Source: an uncultured Acidobacteriota bacterium
Lineage (GTDB): Bacteria; Acidobacteriota; Vicinamibacteria; Vicinamibacterales; UBA2999
Assembly (NCBI GenBank): GCA_963818645.1
Contig: CAWFTF010000025.1
Span: forward strand, 32,828 to 96,827
DNA: 64,000 nt
Reading direction: 5' to 3'
Positions 11,201-19,730 of the stretch are shown here, one piece after another. The first letter of the stretch is position 1; every line of letters starts with the position of its first letter. Made by a program: the position numbers and the translations under genes. The notes below the pieces were generated by a model that saw nothing but the letters and a program-made list of their open reading frames with translations, did not search any database and was not told where the DNA came from.

Positions 11201-11383
11201 GGTGCCGGCGCCGAATCGCGTCGACCGCTGGGTCTTGCAGTGGTCGGTGGTCTCGTGGTGTCGCAGCTACTGACGCTCTACATCACGCCCGTCTATTACG
11301 TCTACATCGAGGGCGCCCGTGCCCGTCTGATGCGTCGTCGTCTCGCAAGGGAGCATCAGGAAGTCCCAGTGGTCGCGCACTAG
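8270..11383 (+). CDS. efflux RND transporter permease (AcrB/MdtB-like)
   Basis: 1037 aa with 12-TM/2-loop RND architecture and an N-terminal MNMSALFIKRPVTTTLLMLGI. ATGA overlap with the MFP gene. Confidence 0.95.
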   Translation: MNMSALFIKRPVTTTLLMLGILVFGGLAYQVLPVADLPSVDFPSIRVQASLPGASPETMAASVALPLEKQFTSIAGVTSINSTSTQGGTDITIQFDINKNIDAAAQDVQSMIGRASRQLPPEMPSPPSYQKVNPADQSIFFIVLRSSTLSLAVLDEIAQSQVAQRISMVSGVAQVNIFGSQKFAVRVDVDPRELAARSIGIDEVANAINNANSNLPTGTIYGERTFVVRSNGQLMRAAAYGPTIIAYRNGMPVRLDEVAHVYDGVENDKTASWQNGERCIYLPVQKQPGVNVVETVDRIKALLPTIREQLPASVTLDVRSDRALTIRESVHDVKLTLMITVMLVVLVIFLFLRNLSATIIPSLALPCSLVGTFAVMYLLGYSLDNLSLMALTLSVGFVVDDAIVMLENIVRHMEMGKNAMQAAYDGSKEVAFTILSMTLSLVAVFIPVLFMGGIVGRLLHEFAITITAAILISGFVSISLTPMLCSRFLRPPHAQNHGRLYNLFEWVFDTWRGAYSVTLRVALRYRFITATISMVLMVATVYLFIAVPKGFLPSEDQGRFNVNTEGAQGISFDEMVRHQLQVADVLLKDPNIASAGVNVGQMGNNATGGSNQGRMFVELKPREERQKSVDEVIAELRPKLAEITGIRSFMVNQPPINLGGGGQNRALYQFTMQDTDTAELYKWAPVFESKIRQTPGFEDVNSDLQLNNPQVTVEMNRDKLSTLGLTATQVENALYNAYGTRQVSQIYAPNNQYQVILRVAPQFQRDPGAMSLLYIRANNGRLIPLESVARMKTEVGPFQVNHFGQLPAVTIAFNLAPGFALGDAVNQIQSMAATTLPATINLAFQGTAQAFQDSLRGLGLVLAMAIVVIYIVLGVLYESFTHPLTILSGLPAAGLGALLTLMVFKTELNLYAFVGVIMLVGLVKKNGIMMVDFAVDLQRQGKSAAEAIHEACLVRFRPIMMTTMAALVGTLPIALGLGAGAESRRPLGLAVVGGLVVSQLLTLYITPVYYVYIEGARARLMRRRLAREHQEVPVVAH

Positions 11384-11457
11384 GTCAACTCCCAATCTCC
11401 AACTCCCAACTTCCAAACGTCGGTTGGAGGTTGGGAATTGGAGAGTTGGGAGTTTGC
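11384..11457. repeat. Octamer-repeat hairpin, class A
   Basis: gtcaactcccaatctccaactcccaacttccaa / ttggaggttgggaattggagagttgggagttt, located between convergent genes. Confidence 0.85.
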
Positions 11458-11460
11458 AGT

Positions 11461-12360
11461 TTATTTCAGGTACCAGTGCCCCGCCAGGCTCACACCGACG
11501 CCACCGAGGTCATACCCGATCGCTGGCTCGTTGAACCAGCGGTAGCTCACCTGCGTGCTGATCGCAAACTGCGGCACGCTGGCGAACGACAACTCGCCTC
11601 CGCCGAAGAGCTGCGATCCGTAACGTGAGTCCGACATGTCGCCGAGCACCGGACTCGCGATCGAGGAGCGGTAGAAGTTGAGGCCGGCGCCGACATACGG
11701 GCGCAGCCACGTGTAGTCGGCGATGTGGTCGTTGAACGAAAACAGGACGCTCGGACCGAACTCGGTTGACGACATCGTGCCGAGATCGATCGGGTTCGAG
11801 ACCTCGTATCGCGACAGATCGAACTGAACGCCGACCCGCTTGTGCGACCATCCGCGCGCGGTCACGCCGAGACCAAAGGACGGACCACCCATGAGGGCGC
11901 CCACGCCGAACTTGTGCGTCGTTCCTGAAGACGATGGCGTGGTGGTGCGAACCGGCAGACGGTTGCCGGTCTGCGCAGGCTCAACCGCGGCGGACGTTGT
12001 TGTCACACGGGGTGATGACTGAGCGGTGGCACGCGGAGCAGGCGGGTTGCTCGGCAGCGGCGCGCCGGACGCCGCCGTGCCGTTCGACACGGCCCCATTC
12101 GACACGGAGCCCACGCTCACTCGCACGTACCCGACACCATCCGCGGCGGATGGCCACGCGACCTTCACCCAGTCACCAACGTTGCGCGTGACTGCGAGCC
12201 TGGTGCCGCGAGCAGCCTGGCCAATCACCGGGCTGGCGGTGCTCGGCGCCTTGTGCACACTCGCCGCCGACGCGTTGACTGTCAGTTCAGTGCCCTGGGC
12301 CGTCACCCATGACGGGCTCAACAACAGAACGATGACGACGGCTGCGGCATGACGAATCAT
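11461..12360 (-). CDS. secreted SH3b-domain protein fused to a small outer-membrane beta-barrel domain
   Basis: Signal peptide, then an SH3b-like segment (VHKAPSTASPVIGQAARGTRLAVTRNVGDWVKVAW), a P/S/T-rich linker, and a C-terminal ~150 aa of alternating beta-strand pattern like 8-stranded OMPs. Confidence 0.7.
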   Translation of the reverse strand: MIRHAAAVVIVLLLSPSWVTAQGTELTVNASAASVHKAPSTASPVIGQAARGTRLAVTRNVGDWVKVAWPSAADGVGYVRVSVGSVSNGAVSNGTAASGAPLPSNPPAPRATAQSSPRVTTTSAAVEPAQTGNRLPVRTTTPSSSGTTHKFGVGALMGGPSFGLGVTARGWSHKRVGVQFDLSRYEVSNPIDLGTMSSTEFGPSVLFSFNDHIADYTWLRPYVGAGLNFYRSSIASPVLGDMSDSRYGSQLFGGGELSFASVPQFAISTQVSYRWFNEPAIGYDLGGVGVSLAGHWYLK

Positions 12361-12496
12361 TTCGAACCTCCTGCTTCAACTTCCGGTTGCGTGGGCCAAC
12401 TGACGGTTCCGTGATCGACCCCGCGCACTGCTGCACGGAATTGACACGGTCAGGTGGGCCCCCGAGTGATCGGAGCAAAGGACGTGCTGGCAGGGG

Positions 12497-12655
12497 CAAT
12501 TTGTGATTTGCTGATCTTTGATTGTTGATTCGTTGTTGATTGATGATTGTTGATTGCTGATTCCGGATGGGTCGTTCGGAATCTCCAATAAATCACCAAT
12601 CAGCAATCGCCAATCGTCAACCGATCACCAATCAAAGATCGACAAATCACCAATG
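12497..12655. repeat. Long hairpin of GATTG-rich short units, class D
   Basis: The left arm caatttgtgatttgctgatctttgattgttgattcgttgttgattgatgattgttgattgctgattcc is complementary to the right arm ggaatctccaataaatcaccaatcagcaatcgccaatcgtcaaccgatcaccaatcaaagatcgacaaatcaccaatg. Lies between divergent genes. Confidence 0.85.
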
Positions 12656-12675
12656 CTCTGTGGAACCATCACGAC

Positions 12676-13443
12676 GTGATCGAGGCACAGGATCTGACGC
12701 GACGCTACGGGCAGGTCACCGCCGTCGATCGCCTCTCGCTGAAGGTGGCCGAAGGTGAGCTGGTCGTGTTGCTGGGCGGCTCAGGGTCCGGCAAAACAAC
12801 CACGCTCAAGATGGTCAACCGGCTGATCGAGCCGACGTCCGGCCGCGTGTTGATCGAGGGAGAGGATGCCGGAGCGATCCCGGCGCACGAGCTCCGCCGG
12901 CGAATCGGATATGTCTTCCAGCGCGTGGGTCTCTTCCCGCACATGACGATCGGGGACAACGTGGGTATCACGCTGACGCTGCTCGGGTGGGATCGCGCTC
13001 GCGTGGCGGCGCGAGTCACCGAGCTGCTCGAGCTCGTGGAGCTCGACCCGGGTCTTGTGCGCGATCGACATCCTGATGAACTGTCGGGCGGAGAGCAGCA
13101 GCGTGTCGGTGTCGCGCGCGCGCTCGCGGCCTCGCCGCGGTTGATGCTGCTCGACGAGCCGTTCGGCGCGCTCGATCCGCTGACACGTGATCGCTTGCAG
13201 CAGTCCTTCCTGCGCATCCGGCGGCGTCTGTCGCTGACGGCGATCTTCGTGACGCACGACATGGTGGAGGCGCTCCTCGTCGGCGATCGGATCGCCGTGA
13301 TGCACGGCGGACGGCTCGTGCAAGTGGGCACACCGGCGGAGCTGTTGCAGTCGCCGGCCGACGATTACGTCCGCCAGTTGATGAGCACGCCTCGGCGTCA
13401 GGCAGAACTGGTTGAAGGCCTCCTCGCCGCCAGGCCCTCGTGA
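12676..13443 (+). CDS. ABC transporter ATP-binding protein (osmoprotectant/glycine-betaine type)
   Basis: Walker A GGSGSGKTT, signature LSGGEQQRV, Walker B LMLLDEP. GTG start. Followed by an OpuB/OpuC-like permease. Confidence 0.9.
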   Translation: MIEAQDLTRRYGQVTAVDRLSLKVAEGELVVLLGGSGSGKTTTLKMVNRLIEPTSGRVLIEGEDAGAIPAHELRRRIGYVFQRVGLFPHMTIGDNVGITLTLLGWDRARVAARVTELLELVELDPGLVRDRHPDELSGGEQQRVGVARALAASPRLMLLDEPFGALDPLTRDRLQQSFLRIRRRLSLTAIFVTHDMVEALLVGDRIAVMHGGRLVQVGTPAELLQSPADDYVRQLMSTPRRQAELVEGLLAARPS

Positions 13444-15007
13444 AAGAGCAACTCGCGCTCCTGCCCGGTTACCTCACCGCGCACTTGCAGCTCACGCTGT
13501 TCGCGCTGCTGGCAGGGGCCGCGGTGAGTATTCCCGCCGGCATCGCGATCACACGCAGCCGTCGCCTCGAGCGCCCCGTGCTCGCGGTCGCCAGCGTGAT
13601 CCAGACTGTTCCCAGCCTCGCGCTGCTCGCGGTCATGGTGCCCGCGCTCTCGTCGCTGGGCCTGCGCAGCATCGGATTCCTTCCGGCGTTCATCGGCCTG
13701 ACGTTGTACAGCGTGCTGCCGGTGCTGCGGAACACGGTAACCGGATTCGCCGGGCTCGATCCCGCGCTCACGGAAGCGGCGCGCGGAGTCGGCATGACGT
13801 CGCGGCAGCAGTTGTGGCGAGTTGAACTGCCGCTGGCGCTGCCGGTGATTCTTGCCGGGCTTCGGACGTCGACGGTGTGGACGGTGGGGATGGCCACGCT
13901 GTCCACGCCGGTCGGTGCGCCGAGCCTCGGCAACTACATCTTCGCCGGTCTGCAGACGAGGAACCTGACTGCGGTGCTCGTCGGATGCGTGGCGGCTGCG
14001 GTGTTGGCACTGCTCCTCGACGGGTTGGTGCGCGCACTCGGTGCCGCAGTGCTCGCGCGCAAGGCGGTCGTCGCTGGTTGCCATCCTCGCCGTGTTCGGC
14101 CTGCTCTACGCGCACGCCACGATCGCGTTCGTGGCGTCAGCCACTCGAACAGGTCCGGCTCGGATCGTCGTCGGCGCGAAGACGTTCACCGAGCAATACA
14201 TCCTCGCGAGGGTTCTTTCGACGACGATCGCGAACGCCACGGGCAGTCAGGTGGACGTGTTGTCGTCTCTGGGTTCGACCGTCGCGTTCGATGCGCTTCG
14301 TGCCGGCGACATCGACGCCTACGTGGACTACTCCGGAACGATCTGGGCGACGATCATGCGTCGCGATGCCTCGTCCGTCGATCGCGAAACAGTGCTCCGA
14401 GAGGTCGGGCGCTACCTGAAGGACGAGCACGGCATCGAAGTCGTCGGCGCGCTCGGTTTCGAGAACGCGTATGCGATGGCCATGCGCCGTGCTCACGCCG
14501 CCAGTCTCAACGTGCGCAGCCTCAGCGATCTTGGCGCGCATGCCCCGCGGCTCGCGGTCGGTGGTGACTACGAGTTCTTCCAGCGGCCGGAATGGCGCGC
14601 GATTCAGGAACGATACGGGCTGCGCTTCCGAGAGCAGCGCAGCATGGACCCATCGCTGATGTATCAGGCCGTCGCAAACGACCAGGTCGATCTCATCGGC
14701 GCGTTCTCCACCGACGGCCGCATCGCTGCGCTCGACCTCGTGCTGCTGGAGGACGAGCGGCACGCGATTCCGCCGTATGACGCCCTCATCCTGGCAGGCG
14801 CTCGGCTCGTCCGCGAGCACCCCGATGCCATTGCCGCGCTGCGCGAGCCTGAACGGAGCCATCGACGCCGACCGCATGCGCCGCATGAATCTCGCGGTGG
14901 ACGAGGACGGGAAGTCGCCCGAGGTCGGTGCGCGGCAGACTTTTCGCCGAAGGTCAAAGGTCAAAGGTCAAAAGGTCAAAGGTAAAATTGATCTGGTAAA
15001 TGAGTGA
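13440..15007 (+). pseudogene. fused ABC permease / OpuAC-type substrate-binding protein, two frameshifts
   Basis: The permease (13440 frame) is good to ...LVRALGAAVLARK. The TM anchor plus SBP (KTFTEQYILARVL...) continues in the 14041 frame. The SBP C-terminus (LNGAIDADRMRRMNLAVDEDGKSPEVGARQ) is in a third frame from ~14847. The 3' end is uncertain (14985 or 15007). Confidence 0.75.
14948..14985. repeat. Tandem AAGGTCA(A) array, class F, single arm
   Basis: cgaaggtcaaaggtcaaaggtcaaaaggtcaaaggtaa seen directly. Overlaps the 3' end of the SBP reading frames. Confidence 0.85.
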
Positions 15008-16045
15008 CCCCGTTCTCGACATCCGCCCGCTCGGCCATCGCTGGCAGACCGTCGATCCGTTCCTCTTCTGCGTTCACCACATCGACTACTACCCGAAGGG
15101 GAACGAGCGAGTTTGGTCCGGCAGTCCCGTTGACCGGTCACGAGATCGGTCAGGACTTCGAGGGCGTGGACGGCTGGCGCATGTATCACGGCGATGTCGT
15201 GCCCGGCTTCCCGCAGCATCCGCATCGCGGATTCGAGACGGTGACGATCATCCGCCGCGGCTACATCGATCACTCCGACTCGCTTGGTGCGGCAGCCAGG
15301 TTCGGTGCCGGCGACGTGCAGTGGCTGACCGCCGGCGCCGGCGTCGTGCACTCGGAGATGTTTCCGCTGCTCAATCGCGAAGGTCCGAACACGCTGGAGC
15401 TGTTTCAGATCTGGCTGAACCTTCCGTCGAAGGACAAACTTGTCGAGCCCTATTTCACGATGCTGTGGGATCGCGAGATCCCGAGGCGAGTGTTCACCGA
15501 CGCGGCAAGGCGGCGCACCGAAGTCATGATCATCGCGGGTGCGCTCGAGGGAACGATGCCGCTCGCGCCACCACCGCATTCGTGGGCGTCGAAGCCGGAG
15601 TCCGACCTTGCGATCTGGTCGATCTCCCTCGAGAAAGACGCCACGTGGACGGTGCCGCCGGCAACCGGTCCGCACACGTTGCGCACCCTCAACTTCTTCG
15701 CAGGCACGTCGCTGCGCGTTGCCGGGCGGCTGGTGATGGGCACGTCGGCCGTGCAGGTTCAGGCGAATCAGCCGATCACGATTGAGGCTGTTGACGGACC
15801 TGCAGACGTGCTGCTGCTCCAGGGTCGTCCAATCGGCGAGCCCGTTGCTCAATACGGCCCGTTCGTCATGAACACGCCGGGAGGAATTGCAGCGCGCCTT
15901 CAGCGACTACCAGCGCACGCTTTTCGGTGGGTGGCCGTGGCCGGAGAATGCGCCCGTCCACGGTCGAGACCCGGTGCGATTCGCAAAACATGCCGACGGT
16001 CGCATCGAGCGCATCGTCGAGGAAGCCACGCCCGAGACGAGGTGA
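15000..16045 (+). pseudogene. pirin family protein, two frameshifts
   Basis: MSDPVLDIRPLGHRWQTVDPFLFCVHHIDYYPKGNER (frame 1), then GPAVPLTGHEIGQDF...HPHRGFETVTII (frame 2, switch ~15110), then EELQRAFSDYQRTLFGGWPWPENAPVH...ETR* (switch ~15880). Confidence 0.85.
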
Positions 16046-16116
16046 AACGCCCGTCCGCCAACCCGCGTAATGAGTAGGGTCAGACCTTCCCACTATTGCT
16101 CGAGAACGATTTGTTG

Positions 16117-17139
16117 ATGAGACCTACGTACCGAATGTCACGTGCACTTCTCGCCGCGCTCCTCACTCTGCTTGCGGGGCTCGTTGCAGGCGGTGTGAAT
16201 CTGATCGCGCAACAACAGGCAGCGGCGGCCGATACGAACGCCCTCGAGGTCATTCAGCTTCGCCCCAACTTCTACGTGATCGCGGGTGACGGCTCGAACA
16301 TCGCCGTGCAACTGGGGAACGATGGCATCGTGATCGTCGACACCGGGACGGGCAGCAAGGCGAAGCAGGTCATCGCCGAGATCCGAAAGCTGTCGTCGCG
16401 ACCGATCCGCTACGTGATCAACACGAGCGCCGATCCCGATCACGTCGGTGGCAACGACGAAGTGTCAGCGGCAGGGCAGTCGGTCATTCCGACCGGCGGT
16501 CTCAACGAGATTGGCGCAGCCGGCGGACGAGCGCCGATTCTGGCGGAAGAGAACGTCCAGTCGCGAATGGCTGCGCCCGAGGGTGAGAAGTCTGCATTTC
16601 CAATCGGCGCGTGGCCGACCGTGACGTATGCATCGGCGCTCGAGGAAACACAGAAGGATCTCTACATCAACGGCGAAGCGATCGTCACGACCTATCAGCC
16701 CGCTGCGCACACTGACGGCGACAGCATCGTGTTCTTCCGGCGATCAGACGTGCTCGTCACCGGCGACGTCTTCGACCAGACGCGCTTCCCGGTCATCGAT
16801 CGCGAGAAAGGCGGGAGCATTCAAGGGGTCATCGACAGTCTCAACCGCATCATCGGCATCACCGTGCCGCCTGTTCCGTTCGTCTGGCAGGAAGGCGGCA
16901 CCGTCGTCGTGCCGGGTCACGGTCTCATGAGCCACGAAGCTGATGTCGTTGACTACCGCGACATGGTGACCATTGTCCGCGACCGGATTCAATCGTGGAT
17001 CGGCAAAGGGATGACGCTCGAACAGGTGCGCAAGGCCGATCCAGTCAAAGGGTTCCGTGGCAGGTACGGCTCCAACACGGGCGCGTGGACCACGGACAAG
17101 TTCATCGAGGCGGTCTACACAGACCTCGGCGGAAAGTAA
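16117..17139 (+). CDS. secreted MBL-fold protein with degenerate metal motif
   Basis: Paralogous to 23752..24684, but the HxHxDH position reads NTSADPDHVGG. Has a signal peptide. The start may be 16096, 16117 or 16135. Confidence 0.75.
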   Translation: MRPTYRMSRALLAALLTLLAGLVAGGVNLIAQQQAAAADTNALEVIQLRPNFYVIAGDGSNIAVQLGNDGIVIVDTGTGSKAKQVIAEIRKLSSRPIRYVINTSADPDHVGGNDEVSAAGQSVIPTGGLNEIGAAGGRAPILAEENVQSRMAAPEGEKSAFPIGAWPTVTYASALEETQKDLYINGEAIVTTYQPAAHTDGDSIVFFRRSDVLVTGDVFDQTRFPVIDREKGGSIQGVIDSLNRIIGITVPPVPFVWQEGGTVVVPGHGLMSHEADVVDYRDMVTIVRDRIQSWIGKGMTLEQVRKADPVKGFRGRYGSNTGAWTTDKFIEAVYTDLGGK

Positions 17140-17159
17140 ATCGCGGAAAGTAAACCAAC

Positions 17160-17975
17160 GTGAGAAGGGTCAACTCAGTAGTCGCAACGGCGCTGCTCGT
17201 TGCGCTGGTCGCGTCGCCATCGCTCATCGCGCAGACTCCGGCGCGCGGACAAGGACAAGGCGGGCGAGGTGGTCGTGGAGAGGCGCCTCCCGAACCGCCG
17301 CCGACACCTCGGGCTGCGGCACCAATCGATCTCACCGGCAACTGGGTCTCCGTCATCACCGAAGACTGGCGCTGGCGTATGGTCACACCTCCGAAGGGCG
17401 ACTACGTCAGCCTCCCGATCAACGCCGAAGCGAAGAAGGTGGCGGACGCGTGGGATGCGGCAAAGGACGTCGCCGCCGGAGACCAGTGCAAGGCCTATGG
17501 AGCGCCTGGCCTCATGCGCCTGCCAACCCGGTTGCGCATCTCATGGCAGGACGATACGACGCTGAAAGTCGAAACAGACGCGGGCACGCAGACGCGGTTG
17601 CTGCACTTCGGCGAGTGGAAGCCGCCAGCCGGAGGACCGACGCGACAGGGCAATACGACCGCGCAGTGGGAAATGCGCCAGGGCCGGCGCGGTGCGCCGC
17701 AGCCTCCGCCGGAGCAGCGCTTCGGCAATCTCAAGACGGTGACGACGGGGCTGATGGCCGGGTACCTGCGCAAGAACGGCGTTCCGTTCAGCGAAAAGAC
17801 GACGCTCACCGAGTATTGGGACCTGCTGCGTCAACCCACTGGCGAGCAATGGATCGTGATCACAACGGTCGTCGAGGACCAGACGTATCTGACGCGCACG
17901 TGGATCACGTCGCTCAACTTCAAGAAGGAAGCCAACGGATCGAAGTGGGATCCGTCAGCGTGCGAGGCGAGTTGA
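17160..17975 (+). CDS. secreted hypothetical protein (distant member of the DGKPD-SG-W superfamily)
   Basis: GTG start, signal peptide, IDLTGNWVSVITEDW...GDYVSLPINAEA...RKNGVPFSEKTTLTEYW. Shares its motif order with 17996..18976. Confidence 0.7.
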   Translation: MRRVNSVVATALLVALVASPSLIAQTPARGQGQGGRGGRGEAPPEPPPTPRAAAPIDLTGNWVSVITEDWRWRMVTPPKGDYVSLPINAEAKKVADAWDAAKDVAAGDQCKAYGAPGLMRLPTRLRISWQDDTTLKVETDAGTQTRLLHFGEWKPPAGGPTRQGNTTAQWEMRQGRRGAPQPPPEQRFGNLKTVTTGLMAGYLRKNGVPFSEKTTLTEYWDLLRQPTGEQWIVITTVVEDQTYLTRTWITSLNFKKEANGSKWDPSACEAS

Positions 17976-17995
17976 GAAGAGAGCGAGGGAGTGGA

Positions 17996-18976
17996 ATGAA
18001 GATTACCGTGCTGACAGCTCTCGCGATGCTCGTGAGCGCGCCGGTGTTTGCGCAGGGGCAGGTCGAGGCCGCGGCCGCGGCGACACGTGGTCAGATCATC
18101 GACCTGGCAGGATCGTGGGCGAACCGCCTTCACGAAGACTGGATCGAGCGTGCACCTGGTCCGCATATCGGCGACTACAGCGGTCTGCCGATCAACGACG
18201 AAGCGCGGGCCTACGCCGACCTCTATCAGGTGTCGATGCAGAACATGCCTGAACGGCAGTGCATCCTCTACACCTCGCAGTACATCGTCATGGGGCCTCA
18301 GAACCTGCGCATCGAACCTGACGTCGATCCGATCTCGGGTGCGATCGTCGCGCTGCACATGACCGGCACGGTCGATCGCGCCCCCCACACGGTCTGGATG
18401 GACGGACGTGCCCATCCGTCGAAGAACGCACCGCACACGCCCGGTGGGTTCAGCACCGGCGTCTGGCAGGGCGGGACGGTTGTCGCACAGACGACGCACT
18501 TGAAAGCTGGTCTGGTGTGGAGGAACGGTGTGCCGCACAGCGATCAGGCCACGATCACCGAGTACTACGCGCGTCATGGCGACATGCTCACGATCACGAT
18601 GATCCTGAACGACCCGATCTATTACGAGGAGCCGTTCATTCGAAATGCGACGTTCGAGCTCGACCCGCAGACGCGAGTGTTGCCAGAGCCGTGTGAGCCG
18701 CAGGTCGAGATTCCGCGCGCGCCGGGCGTGGTGCCGCACTACTTGCCAGGTGAGAACCCGTATCTCAACGAATTCGCAGAGACATTCAACCTGCCACTCG
18801 AAGCGGTACGTGGTGGCGCGGCCACGACGTATCCCGAGTACGGAAAGAAGTTGAGGTCGACGTACAAGCCGCCGGCGAAGTGCACGGTGTACTGCTGCGG
18901 AGGCACGGGGCTGACCGTTCCCAATACGAACAACGCTGCGTGTCGTGAAGGCGACGCGCCCCCGCCGACTCCGTAG
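17996..18976 (+). CDS. secreted hypothetical protein (paralogue of 17160..17975)
   Basis: MKITVLTALAMLVSAPVFAQG signal, then IDLAGSWANRLHEDW...GDYSGLPINDEA...WRNGVPHSDQATITEYY...NDPIYYEEPF. The first 313 codons of ORF 17057.. are out-of-frame overlap. Confidence 0.75.
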   Translation: MKITVLTALAMLVSAPVFAQGQVEAAAAATRGQIIDLAGSWANRLHEDWIERAPGPHIGDYSGLPINDEARAYADLYQVSMQNMPERQCILYTSQYIVMGPQNLRIEPDVDPISGAIVALHMTGTVDRAPHTVWMDGRAHPSKNAPHTPGGFSTGVWQGGTVVAQTTHLKAGLVWRNGVPHSDQATITEYYARHGDMLTITMILNDPIYYEEPFIRNATFELDPQTRVLPEPCEPQVEIPRAPGVVPHYLPGENPYLNEFAETFNLPLEAVRGGAATTYPEYGKKLRSTYKPPAKCTVYCCGGTGLTVPNTNNAACREGDAPPPTP

Positions 18977-19012
18977 GCACGAAGCTCACGGAGGGCACGA
19001 AGACACGAAGAG
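18977..19012. repeat. Short tandem GCACGAAG-type array, class H
   Basis: ggcacgaagctcacggagggcacgaagacacgaagag lies immediately after the stop at 18976. Confidence 0.6.
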
Positions 19013-19017
19013 AAAAG

Positions 19018-19672
19018 AGCTCCGTCGTCGGCTCGCGGGTCGCCCATCTCCGGCGGCCGCTCCGCGCGGCGGGAAATCGCTCTTCGCTCGTACCCTGACG
19101 CCGTCGCCGCGAGTAGTGCCCGATGCCGACGCCTGCTATCGCGGCATGCACCGGCATTGCCGGTGCGAACGTCACGGATCGCGCGTTACGAACTCGCGGC
19201 GGTGAATCCCTACGATCGATTTCCGGCTTCGCACTGACGCGCCGCGCTCCGAACGGCCGTCCTTCGGAGCGACCCGCAAGCATTTTTCGGGTAGCCGCTT
19301 GTGAAGTCCACAATGATCCGAACGGGACCAGCAGATCTCGACGACCGCCCGATGGTTGGCGTAATCGCGACGGAACACCGCTCCCAACGTCGCCCAGGGG
19401 CTTATACGCTCGGTCGTTACATGCTTGGCCCGGCGTCCGTTCGAAGCATGGCGCTACGCCGCGTAGCTGGAAATTGATCGCAGCGATTCAACGCCGCGAG
19501 TTCGTGCCGCGCGATCCATCAGATGGAAATCGAGCTCTGACGGTGTATGCCGCGATGGCGGACGTAGGATTCGCGTACTACTCGCGGCGCGAGCGACAGG
19601 GTACGAGCGGAGAGCAATTTCCCGCCGTGCGGAGCGGACGCGGACGAGCGTGTGACGAGCGAGCAATGTAAG
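19018..19672. repeat. Approximately 650-bp imperfect palindrome (two inverted ~230-300-nt units), unknown nature
   Basis: 19045-19215 aligns by eye to the reverse complement of 19465-19640 with most positions matching. An example is cggcgggaaatcgctcttcgctcgtaccctg versus cggcgggaaattgctctccgctcgtaccctg. Weaker symmetry continues to a centre near 19345. Confidence 0.75.
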
Positions 19673-19730
19673 CGTGCCAGTCGCCTGCGCAAAGATGTGA
19701 AGGGGTCTGACCCCTGCGTCGTATTGAGCG

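Noticed and set aside
14041-14985. Stand-alone substrate-binding protein gene
   Set aside because: The upstream permease frame has no stop until 14567 and decays into Arg-rich nonsense exactly where this frame begins with a TM anchor. A fused permease-SBP gene with an indel fits better.
17057-17995. N-terminal 313 codons of the 639-aa ORF 17057..18976
   Set aside because: This part overlaps 17160..17975 out of frame and is Arg/Gly-rich. A clean signal peptide begins at ATG 17996, so the real gene is 17996..18976.
19123-19671. 182-aa ORF inside the large palindrome (and the mirrored ORFs 18786..19313 and 19519..19914)
   Set aside because: The similar peptides on both strands are a by-product of the inverted repeat. 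The composition is Arg-rich with no start context or recognisable domain.
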